Position numbers and translations under genes: made by a program. Of a DNA stretch of 64,000 nt, positions 40,503 through 48,405 are shown in pieces. The notes beneath the pieces are model-generated. The model was given only the letters and a program-made list of their open reading frames with translations. It did not search any database and had not been told where the DNA came from. Origin of the DNA: Ensifer sp. (GTDB lineage: Bacteria > Pseudomonadota > Alphaproteobacteria > Rhizobiales > Rhizobiaceae). Position 1 is the stretch's first letter. Each line of letters begins with the position of its first letter. The stretch covers positions 19,349 to 83,348 of the forward strand of contig DATMTA010000007.1 in assembly GCA_035565055.1 (NCBI GenBank). The letters are read 5' to 3'.

Positions 40503-41786
40503 ATGACCGCCACCACTCCGGGTTTTTCCACGCTCGCCGTTCACGCCGGCGCCAAGCCGGATCCGACGACCGGCGCGCGCACGACGCCGATCTATCAGAC
40601 CACAAGCTTCGTCTTCAATGATGCGGACCACGCCGCGGCTCTCTTCGGCCTCCAGCAGTTCGGCAACATCTACACGCGCATCATGAACCCGACTCAGGCG
40701 GTTCTGGAAGAAAAGGTGGCCGCGCTTGAGGGCGGCACGGCGGCGCTTGCCACCGCATCGGGCCATGCCGCGCAGCTTCTGATCTTCCACACGATCATGC
40801 AGCCGGGCAAGAATTTCGTCGCGGCCAAGCGCCTTTATGGCGGCTCCATCAACCAGTTCGGCCACGCCTTCAAGAGCTTCGGCTGGCAGGTGCGCTGGGC
40901 CGATCCCTTCGATCTCGCCGAAGTTGAGCGCCAGATCGATGCCGACACCCGCGCCATCTTCATCGAGAGCCTCGCCAATCCGGGCGGCACCTTTGTCGAC
41001 ATTGCTGCCATTGCGGAAGTCGCCCACCGGCACGGCCTGCCGCTCATCGTCGACAACACGATGGCAACCCCCTACCTCATCCGCCCGCTCGAACATGGTG
41101 CCGACATCGTCGTCCACTCGCTGACCAAGTTCATGGGCGGCCACGGCAACTCCATGGGCGGCATCCTCGTGGATGGCGGAACGTTCGACTGGTCGAAGTC
41201 CGGCAACTATCCGATGCTGTCCGAGCCGCGCCCGGAATACAACGGCCTCGTGCTCCATCAGGTCTTCGGCAATTTCGCCTTTGCCATCGCCGCTCGCGTT
41301 CTGGGGCTTCGCGATTTCGGACCGTCGATTTCGCCCTTCAATGCATTCCAGTTGCTGACCGGCATCGAGACGCTGCCGCTGCGTATGCAGCGCCATTGCG
41401 AAAATGCCCTCCAGGTCGCAAGCTGGCTGAAGGCGCATGAAAAGGTCAGCTGGGTTTCCTATGCCGGACTTCCCGATGATCCGAACAATGCGCTGCAGAA
41501 GCGCTATTCGCCGCGCGGCGCAGGCGCCGTCTTCACATTCGGTCTCAAGGGTGGCTATGCCGCGGGCAAGACCTTTGTGGAGGGGCTGAAGCTCTTCTCG
41601 CATCTGGCCAATATCGGCGACACGCGCTCGCTCGTCATCCACCCGGCCTCGACCACGCACAAGCAGTTGACGGAGGCGCAGCAGATCGCCGCGGGAGCAG
41701 GTCCGGATGTGGTGCGCCTGTCGATCGGTATCGAGGACGTCGCCGACATCGTGGCCGACCTCGAACAGTCGCTGGCGGCTGTGTGA
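40503..41786 (+). CDS. metY: O-acetylhomoserine aminocarboxypropyltransferase (sulfhydrylase)
   Basis: [30 protein letters not shown] (PLP Lys), [19 protein letters not shown]. Confidence 0.9.
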   Translation: MTATTPGFSTLAVHAGAKPDPTTGARTTPIYQTTSFVFNDADHAAALFGLQQFGNIYTRIMNPTQAVLEEKVAALEGGTAALATASGHAAQLLIFHTIMQPGKNFVAAKRLYGGSINQFGHAFKSFGWQVRWADPFDLAEVERQIDADTRAIFIESLANPGGTFVDIAAIAEVAHRHGLPLIVDNTMATPYLIRPLEHGADIVVHSLTKFMGGHGNSMGGILVDGGTFDWSKSGNYPMLSEPRPEYNGLVLHQVFGNFAFAIAARVLGLRDFGPSISPFNAFQLLTGIETLPLRMQRHCENALQVASWLKAHEKVSWVSYAGLPDDPNNALQKRYSPRGAGAVFTFGLKGGYAAGKTFVEGLKLFSHLANIGDTRSLVIHPASTTHKQLTEAQQIAAGAGPDVVRLSIGIEDVADIVADLEQSLAAV

Positions 41787-41811
41787 TTTCGGTTGGTCTC
41801 CGGAGGGTGAC

Positions 41812-42156
41812 ATGACGAAGGCCTATAAATTCGACCTGTCGACCGTCGAGCCGGAGGAGGGCGCACCCGCGCCCGACCGGCTCATCTCCGGCGATCCGCG
41901 CTTCACGACCTGGAATTTTGAAGAGGCAGACGGCGGCATTTATGCCGGCGTCTGGCAGGCAACACCCGGCAAATGGCGCGTCATCTACGATGAATGGGAG
42001 TATTTCCACATTCTGGAAGGCCATTCGATCCTGACCGAGGATGGCGGCGAAGCCGTTCTCTTGAAAGCCGGCGACAGCATGATTGTCCGTCCGGGTTTCA
42101 CGGGTACATGGGAAGTGATCGAGACGACACGCAAGGACTATGTGATCCGTCTCTAG
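41812..42156 (+). CDS. Cupin (DUF861/EutQ-like) protein
   Basis: GVWQATPGKW, YDEWEYFHILEG. Confidence 0.85.
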   Translation: MTKAYKFDLSTVEPEEGAPAPDRLISGDPRFTTWNFEEADGGIYAGVWQATPGKWRVIYDEWEYFHILEGHSILTEDGGEAVLLKAGDSMIVRPGFTGTWEVIETTRKDYVIRL

Positions 42157-42199
42157 GAGGGGTCCTTGTCAACGCCCGATGCGGCTTGCTTTTGTCAAT

Positions 42200-42219
42200 T
42201 TACAGGTATATACCCGCAT
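42200..42219. promoter_or_regulatory. MarR operator copy 1 (TTACAGGTATATACCCGCAT)
   Basis: Shares ATATACCCGCAT with copy 2; directly before the marR ATG. Confidence 0.6.
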
Positions 42220-42220
42220 T

Positions 42221-42622
42221 ATGGCTCACCCCTGCTATTGCATCGCCCTGCGAAAGGTGTCGCGTCGGTTGACGGCAGTCTACGACGAGGCGTTTGCGCC
42301 GCTTGGCATCACGGTATCGCAGTTCAGCCAGTTAAGGAATATCAAGGGTCGGCAGCCGGTGTCATTAACCGAACTGGCTGAAACCATGGAACTCGACCGA
42401 TCGACGGTTGGCAGAAATACCAAGCTTCTCCAACGGATGGGACTGGTTGCCATGGCAGCCTCCACGGAGGACCAGCGGGAAACGGTGCTGACCCTGACAA
42501 ACGAGGCGGGCGAGCTTCTGAAGCGCGCCGCGCCGATCTGGAACGATGTGCAGGCTCGAATCGAGGCCAAGCTCGAACCCGCAGATTTCGACCGGATCCT
42601 CGCCGCGCTGCGAGGTGTATAG
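42221..42622 (+). CDS. MarR-family regulator
   Basis: CYCIALRKVSRRL, LDRSTVGRN, DQRE. Confidence 0.9.
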   Translation: MAHPCYCIALRKVSRRLTAVYDEAFAPLGITVSQFSQLRNIKGRQPVSLTELAETMELDRSTVGRNTKLLQRMGLVAMAASTEDQRETVLTLTNEAGELLKRAAPIWNDVQARIEAKLEPADFDRILAALRGV

Positions 42623-42634
42623 AATTTTCGCTAT

Positions 42635-42654
42635 ATGCGGGCATATACCCGCAT
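42635..42654. promoter_or_regulatory. MarR operator copy 2 (ATGCGGG-CATATA-CCCGCAT)
   Basis: 7-bp perfect inverted repeat 15 nt before the MFS ATG. Confidence 0.65.
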
Positions 42655-42669
42655 AACAGGAGAGATACG

Positions 42670-43965
42670 ATGTCAAAGCAGGTCGCCGCCTATCTCGCGG
42701 CAAGAGGCATTCACTACGGCTGGCTGGTCATTGGCATTACCTTTCTGACCATGCTGGCGACCGCCGGCGCGATGGGGTCTGCAGGTGTACTGATCCGACC
42801 CCTGAGTGCGGAGTTCGGCTGGACAACGGAAGAAATCTCCACCGCCATGGCGATCCGCCTCGTGCTTTTCGGCCTGCTCGGGCCCTTTGCCGCCGTGCTG
42901 ATGAACCAGTTCGGCATCCGTGCGGTGGTCGCCACCGCTGCCGGTCTGATCTCGTTCGGCATTCTGTGTTCGCTCTTCATGACGCAGCTCTGGCAGCTCA
43001 TGCTCTTCTGGGGCCTCTTTATCGGGATCGGCACGGGGCTCACGGCGCTCGTTCTTGGTGCGACCGTGGCCACCCGCTGGTTCGAGGCGCGCCGCGGCCT
43101 TGTTGTCGGCCTGATGACAGTCAGCAATGCGACCGGCCAGTTGATTTTCCTGCCGGTCCTCGCAAGCCTGACGGAACATTACGGCTGGCGCACCGCGCTC
43201 TCCCTCATGGTCGTCATCCTGGTCGCAGCCCTCGTGCTGATGTTGACCTTCATGCGCAACTATCCGGCCGATGTCGGTCTGGCTCCCTTCGGCGGCAAGG
43301 CGATCGAACCGCCGCCGGCGCGGGCGGCCTCCTTTGGCGAAATGCTGATGACGCCGCTCGTCGTCCTGCGTGGCGCCATCGGCAAGCCGGTCTTCTGGGC
43401 GCTGTTCTTCTCCTTCTTCGTCTGCGGCCTCAGCACGAATGGTCTTGTCCAGACGCACTGGATATCGATCTGCGGCGATTTCGGCATTCTGCCCGTGGCC
43501 GCTGCCGGTCTGCTCGCAACGATCGGCATCTTCGATTTCATCGGCACGCTGGGCGCCGGCTGGCTTTCCGACCGCTTCGACAATCGCTGGCTGCTGTTCT
43601 GGTTCTACGGCCTGCGCGGGCTCTCGCTGATCGCGCTTTCATTTTCCGGCTTCGACTATGTCACGCTGTCGCTCTTCGCCGTCTTCTACGGTCTCGACTG
43701 GGTCGCGACCGTGCCGCCGACGGTCAAGCTGACGGTGGCCAATTTCGGCCGGGACAAGGCCAATATCGTCTTCGGCTGGGTCTTTGCCGCCCATCAGCTC
43801 GGCGCGGCAACAGCCACCTTCGGCGCGGGCTATATCCGCACCGATTACGAGACCTTCATGCCGGCCGTCTATATCGCGGGTTTCGCCTGCCTCATCGCGG
43901 CCGTTGTGGTTGTCAGCATCAATCGCGGCCGCAAGGCAGGCGGGGCAGTGCAACAGCCTGCCTGA
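42670..43965 (+). CDS. MFS transporter
   Basis: HYGW, RWFEARRGL, GWLSDRF, HQLGAA; ~12 TM. Confidence 0.92.
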   Translation: MSKQVAAYLAARGIHYGWLVIGITFLTMLATAGAMGSAGVLIRPLSAEFGWTTEEISTAMAIRLVLFGLLGPFAAVLMNQFGIRAVVATAAGLISFGILCSLFMTQLWQLMLFWGLFIGIGTGLTALVLGATVATRWFEARRGLVVGLMTVSNATGQLIFLPVLASLTEHYGWRTALSLMVVILVAALVLMLTFMRNYPADVGLAPFGGKAIEPPPARAASFGEMLMTPLVVLRGAIGKPVFWALFFSFFVCGLSTNGLVQTHWISICGDFGILPVAAAGLLATIGIFDFIGTLGAGWLSDRFDNRWLLFWFYGLRGLSLIALSFSGFDYVTLSLFAVFYGLDWVATVPPTVKLTVANFGRDKANIVFGWVFAAHQLGAATATFGAGYIRTDYETFMPAVYIAGFACLIAAVVVVSINRGRKAGGAVQQPA

Positions 43966-43979
43966 CCCGCGGGTCTATT

Positions 43980-44004
43980 GGAACAAGCTAAAAGACGAAA
44001 CGTT
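43980..44004 (+). promoter_or_regulatory. EcfG/RpoE2 general-stress promoter GGAAC-N16-CGTT
   Basis: Exact consensus 33 nt upstream of the Fet4-like gene ATG. Confidence 0.7.
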
Positions 44005-44037
44005 TCTCCTCGGGTTCATTCCGGGGAGAGACATATC

Positions 44038-44463
44038 ATGGCGGACGTCACCAAGCTGTTTTCGAAATTCGCAACAAAAACATCCAAACTCGCCGGCAAG
44101 CCGGCGACATTCGTTCTTGCGGTGACGCTGGTCGCGGCCTGGGCTGCCACCGGCCCGCTCTTCGGCTTTTCCGATGTCTGGCAGCTCGTCATCAATACCT
44201 CGACGACGATCATCACCTTCCTCATGATCTTTGTTCTGCAGAACTCGCAGAACCGCGACAGCGAGGCCATCCAGGCGAAGCTCGACGAACTCATTCTGGT
44301 CGGTGCCGCCCATAATCGGCTCGTCGGCGCGGAGAAGCTGGATGAGCGCGAACTCGACAAGCTCAAGAAGGAGCTGGAGGATCAGGCCGAAGAGATCGGC
44401 GAAGAGCCGGAGGAACTGGCCGAGAAAATCGGCCTCCAGCAGGGCCTTTCTTCGTCTGCTTGA
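44038..44463 (+). CDS. Low-affinity iron permease (Fet4-like) family small membrane protein
   Basis: TGPLFGFSDVWQLVINTSTTIITFLMIFVLQNSQNRD..AIQAKLDELI. Confidence 0.85.
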   Translation: MADVTKLFSKFATKTSKLAGKPATFVLAVTLVAAWAATGPLFGFSDVWQLVINTSTTIITFLMIFVLQNSQNRDSEAIQAKLDELILVGAAHNRLVGAEKLDERELDKLKKELEDQAEEIGEEPEELAEKIGLQQGLSSSA

Positions 44464-44513
44464 AATGCGAGTGAAGCGCAGCCTGCCTGCGAGCAGGTTG
44501 CGCTTCTGGAGGA

Positions 44514-45215
44514 TCAGCGCAGCATAATGCTCAACAGCGGCGCGAAGAGCACGTTGACCAGTCCGACCAGAACCATGACGAGACTGGCGATCGAGCCTTC
44601 CTCGCGGCCGATCTGGCTGGCGCGAGCCACGCCAGCGCCATGCGCCCCCATGCCAAAGAGCGCGCCGCGCGCCATCGCCGACTTCAATGGCAGGACATTC
44701 ATCAGCAGATCGCCGAGAGCTGCCCCCAGGACACCGGTGACGACCACGAAGATGGCCGTCAGATCCGGCACGCCGCCTATATCCTTCGAGACCGTCATCG
44801 CAAAGGGCGTGCTGAACGAGCGCGCCATCAGGCTGAGCCGCAGCGTCCCGTCGATGCTCAAAAGGCTCGCCAGTCCCCAGGCGGAGACCATGGCGGTCGT
44901 GCTACCGATGACAACGCCGAAGGCGAGTGCCGGCCAGTATCGGCGGATGGTGGCGCGCTGCTCGTAGATCGGAACGGCGAAGGCAACTGTCGCCGGCCCA
45001 AGCATGGCGACAAGCCAGTGGGTGACGTGAATATACTGCGCATAGCTCTGCTTCAGGATCAACGCGAGCGCGATGAGAACGACCGGTGCGATGAGGAGCG
45101 GCGACATCCACGGGGTGGGCCAGCGCCGATAGACCTGTCGGGCAGCTAGATAGACGCCGATGGTCGCAGCGGGCCAGAAGATGCTGGCGAGAAGGGTTTC
45201 AATGGCCGCGGGCAT
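44514..45215 (-). CDS. lrgB: LrgB/CidB family protein
   Basis: LGPATVAFAVPIY, RSFSTPFA, GAHGAG. Confidence 0.88.
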   Translation of the reverse strand: MPAAIETLLASIFWPAATIGVYLAARQVYRRWPTPWMSPLLIAPVVLIALALILKQSYAQYIHVTHWLVAMLGPATVAFAVPIYEQRATIRRYWPALAFGVVIGSTTAMVSAWGLASLLSIDGTLRLSLMARSFSTPFAMTVSKDIGGVPDLTAIFVVVTGVLGAALGDLLMNVLPLKSAMARGALFGMGAHGAGVARASQIGREEGSIASLVMVLVGLVNVLFAPLLSIMLR

Positions 45216-45621
45216 GGCTTTCTCCAAACCGCGTCATCAGGCGGTAACTGACATCGACGGCGAGAGCGGTCACGATCATCACCGTGATCGCGCCGACCAT
45301 GATCACGGCGAATATCTTCAGGCCGAGCAGGCCGAGAAACTCGCGATGATCGAGCACGGCCAACACCGCCGGGATGAAGAAGAGCAACATTTCGGCCAGC
45401 AGGAACTTTGCGCCGCTGCGCAGGCTGACAACATTGAGACGGCCGGTCGCCAGCAGGGCCAGCACGAAGAACAGGCCGATGACACTGCCGGGAACCGGAA
45501 GGTTGAAAAGACGGACGACTGCCTCGCCAGCCTGCCAGATCAGGATCAGCAGCGCGATCTGCATCACGGCACTGACATGCATCATCCGGCGGACGGAGAG
45601 TGTGATCTGGCGCGTGGTCAT
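45199..45621 (-). CDS. cidA: CidA/LrgA family holin-like protein
   Basis: PVPGSVIGL, EMLLFFIPAV; overlaps lrgB start. Confidence 0.85.
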   Translation of the reverse strand: MTTRQITLSVRRMMHVSAVMQIALLILIWQAGEAVVRLFNLPVPGSVIGLFFVLALLATGRLNVVSLRSGAKFLLAEMLLFFIPAVLAVLDHREFLGLLGLKIFAVIMVGAITVMIVTALAVDVSYRLMTRFGESHARGH

Positions 45622-45719
45622 CGGGTGTGGCTCCTTGTTTTCTGCTGGAAATATATGTTGCGCTGCAGTATGAGTAAAATGAATTGAAGTTATAAACATA
45701 AGTCCGAATTGGAATACCT

Positions 45720-46640
45720 ATGGACCTCCGAGCGCTGCGCATTTTCACCGAAGTCATCCGAAGAGGCGGCTTCTCGCAGGCCGGAAAGATGGTCTTCCTG
45801 ACCCAATCGGCGGTCAGCAAGGCCGTACGGCAACTGGAGGAGGAGTTGGGCTTCTCGCTGATCGACCGCTCCGGCCATAGGCCCGCGCTGACCGATGCGG
45901 GGCGGGTTGCCTTTCGTCATGCGCAGACCATGCTCACGCAACGCGACGATCTACTGACGGAACTGTCGGAACTGAAGGGCCTGAAGCGTGGCGCTTTGCG
46001 CCTCGGCCTGCCGCCGATCGGGAGCGATATCCTCTTCGCTCCGCTTTTCGCGGAATACCGCAACCGCCATCCGGATATCGAAATCCAGTTGGTCGAACAT
46101 GGCAGCCGGCGACTTGAAGAAATGGTGCTGGCGGGCGAGGTCGATCTCGGCGCATCCCTGCTGCCGGTGCCCGACGCGCTGGACTGGCAGGAGGTGACGC
46201 GCGAGCCGCTTCATGTCCTGATCGCTGAGAGCCATACCCTGGCGACGAGGCCGGAAATCGCACTTGCCGACCTGAAGGACATGCCGTTTATCCTCTTCGA
46301 CAGCGGCTTCGCGCTCAATCCCATCATCCTGGAGGGTTGCCGAGAGGCGGGCTTCGAGCCGACTGTGGCTGCGCGCAGCGGGCAGATCAATTTCATCGTC
46401 GAACTGGTTGGTGCCGGCCTCGGCGTCGGTTTCCTGCCGCGCCTGATTGCGGACCTGCGCGTGCGACCGGGCGTGGTGCATATTCCCGTTCACGCGCCGG
46501 CAATGAACTGGCATATGGCCTGGGTCTGGCGCCGTGGCGGCTATCTCTCCTTCGCCGCCAAGGCCTGGCTGGATCTCGCCCGCGAGGTCACCATGCGAGC
46601 TTCAGCGTCTCCAGACCGTGGAAGTGATACACGTCCTTGA
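45720..46640 (+). CDS. LysR-family regulator (CidR-like), divergent from cidA-lrgB
   Basis: MDLRAL, TQSAVSKAVRQLE, LTDAG HTH. Confidence 0.93.
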   Translation: MDLRALRIFTEVIRRGGFSQAGKMVFLTQSAVSKAVRQLEEELGFSLIDRSGHRPALTDAGRVAFRHAQTMLTQRDDLLTELSELKGLKRGALRLGLPPIGSDILFAPLFAEYRNRHPDIEIQLVEHGSRRLEEMVLAGEVDLGASLLPVPDALDWQEVTREPLHVLIAESHTLATRPEIALADLKDMPFILFDSGFALNPIILEGCREAGFEPTVAARSGQINFIVELVGAGLGVGFLPRLIADLRVRPGVVHIPVHAPAMNWHMAWVWRRGGYLSFAAKAWLDLAREVTMRASASPDRGSDTRP

Positions 46641-47838
46641 CCTGCGGCGCTTCCGCAAGGCGAAGACCGGGCAGGCGGTCGAAGAGGATCGGCAGAACGG
46701 TGTTCATTTCCAGCCGCGCCAGCGGCGCGCCGATACAGAAGTGAATGCCGGCCCCAAAGGAGAGGTTCTGCCCCTCGTCGCGATCGGGCCTGAAGGTGAG
46801 GGGATCTGGAAACTTCGCAGGGTCCAGATTGGCGGCGGCGAGGATCAGGCCGACCTTCTCGCCCTTCCTGAAGCTCAGCCCCTGGACCTCGACATCCTCC
46901 AGCGCCCAGCGCTCGAAGATGTGAACAGGGGCCGAAATGCGGAAGCACTCCTCGACCAGCCGCTCGGTTCGGGTCTCGTCACTTGTCAGTGACCTCGGAT
47001 CGAGCCCGCTTGCGAGAATGATGTTCACCGCGTTGCCGATCTGGTGGACGGTGGCTTCGTGGCCCGCATTGAGAAGCACGATCGTCGTGGAGACGAGTTC
47101 CTCTTCCGTCAGGTATTGCCCGTCGCGCGCCGGCTGCACCATCAGGCTCAGGAGATCGTCCTGCGGATTGGCGCGCTTTTTGGCGGCCAGCTTCACGACA
47201 TATTCCGCGAATTCCTTCGCCGCACGGTTGGCACGCGCCTCGTCCTCTGCAGTCCGGCCGAACTGGTACATGCGGACATAGTCATGCGACCAGTCGAGCA
47301 ATTGCCGGCACATGTCATCGGGCACGCCGATCATCCGGGCAATCGCGGTGACTGGCACGACTTCGGCAAAGGCAGAGAGCAGCTCCACTTCGCCCTTAGG
47401 CCCAAACCCGTCGATCAGCTGATGCGCAAGGGCCGCGATCTCCGGCCGCAGCTTCTCGATATGGCGGGAAACGAAGGCGCGGTTGACCAGCGTACGCAGC
47501 CGCGTGTGCTCCGGCGGTTCGAGCTCCAGCAGCGATTTCGATTCGGCGCGGTCGAAGTCGGTGAGCCGTGGATCGGCGGGCCCGAGGCCGGCTTCCTCGC
47601 GGCTCAAGACATGCGTGATTTGCCGGCCGAAGCGGCGGTCGCGGAGCAGGGCGTTAACCGCCTCATAGCCGGTGAAATACCACTGCTTCTGCTCGCCCCA
47701 GTAAAACGCCGGACCGAGTTCGATCAGCGACGCATAGGCCGGATTCGGATTCTGGTAGAAGCCCGGATGCCGGGCATCAAGCGAGACTTCGGCCGTGGCG
47801 CGGTCGATTTTGAGATACTCCTGCACGGCCTGCCTCAC
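46588..47838 (-). CDS. Cytochrome P450
   Basis: I-helix AGHEAT, ExxR (EECFR), heme motif FGAGIHFCIG. Confidence 0.96.
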   Translation of the reverse strand: MRQAVQEYLKIDRATAEVSLDARHPGFYQNPNPAYASLIELGPAFYWGEQKQWYFTGYEAVNALLRDRRFGRQITHVLSREEAGLGPADPRLTDFDRAESKSLLELEPPEHTRLRTLVNRAFVSRHIEKLRPEIAALAHQLIDGFGPKGEVELLSAFAEVVPVTAIARMIGVPDDMCRQLLDWSHDYVRMYQFGRTAEDEARANRAAKEFAEYVVKLAAKKRANPQDDLLSLMVQPARDGQYLTEEELVSTTIVLLNAGHEATVHQIGNAVNIILASGLDPRSLTSDETRTERLVEECFRISAPVHIFERWALEDVEVQGLSFRKGEKVGLILAAANLDPAKFPDPLTFRPDRDEGQNLSFGAGIHFCIGAPLARLEMNTVLPILFDRLPGLRLAEAPQVKDVYHFHGLETLKLAW

Positions 47839-48224
47839 GCTTCCGGCGGCACGGGGGTTGGCTTGCCGTCCTTGTCGAGCGCCACCATGATGAAGATGGC
47901 GTTGGTCACCTTTTCCATGCGGTCGCTCAGATAACGCTGCGCCCAGACTTCGATGTTGAGCGTCATCGATGTGCGTCCAACGGACTGGATATCGGAATAG
48001 ATGCAGAGCGTGTCGCCGATCTTGACCGGCATGGCGAAGGCCATTTCCTTGACCGCGGCCGTGACGACGCGCCCCTTCGCCCTTTCAGCCGCGCGGATGC
48101 CGCAGGCAAGGTCCATCTGCGCCATGACCCAGCCGCCGAAAATGTCGCCGGCGGCGTTGGCATCCCCCGGCATGGCGAGCGTTCTCAGCGTCAATTCACC
48201 TTTCGGTCCGACCACGTTTGGCAT
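47835..48224 (-). CDS. Acyl-CoA thioesterase (YciA-like; start 48224 or 48236)
   Basis: AMPGDANAAGDIFGGWVMAQMD, VGRTSM. Confidence 0.92.
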   Translation of the reverse strand: MPNVVGPKGELTLRTLAMPGDANAAGDIFGGWVMAQMDLACGIRAAERAKGRVVTAAVKEMAFAMPVKIGDTLCIYSDIQSVGRTSMTLNIEVWAQRYLSDRMEKVTNAIFIMVALDKDGKPTPVPPEA

Positions 48225-48348
48225 CTCATTCTCCACGATTCTTCAAGGCCTTGAGCATTGCTTGACATGTTGCCCGAGTCAATTTTGAGGCGCTGTCGCT
48301 CGCTGTAACATTGAAATGACCGACCGATGGGGCTAAACCAAGCCTCCC

Positions 48349-48360
48349 TGAAACGTTTTA
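48349..48360. promoter_or_regulatory. LacI-family operator-like site TGAAACGTTTTA
   Basis: One mismatch from the palindrome TGAAACGTTTCA; 45 nt before the GH3 start. Confidence 0.5.
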
Positions 48361-48405
48361 GCTCATAACTGAAATGAAATGCCGCGTGAGTGGCGGGAGG
48401 TAGCA

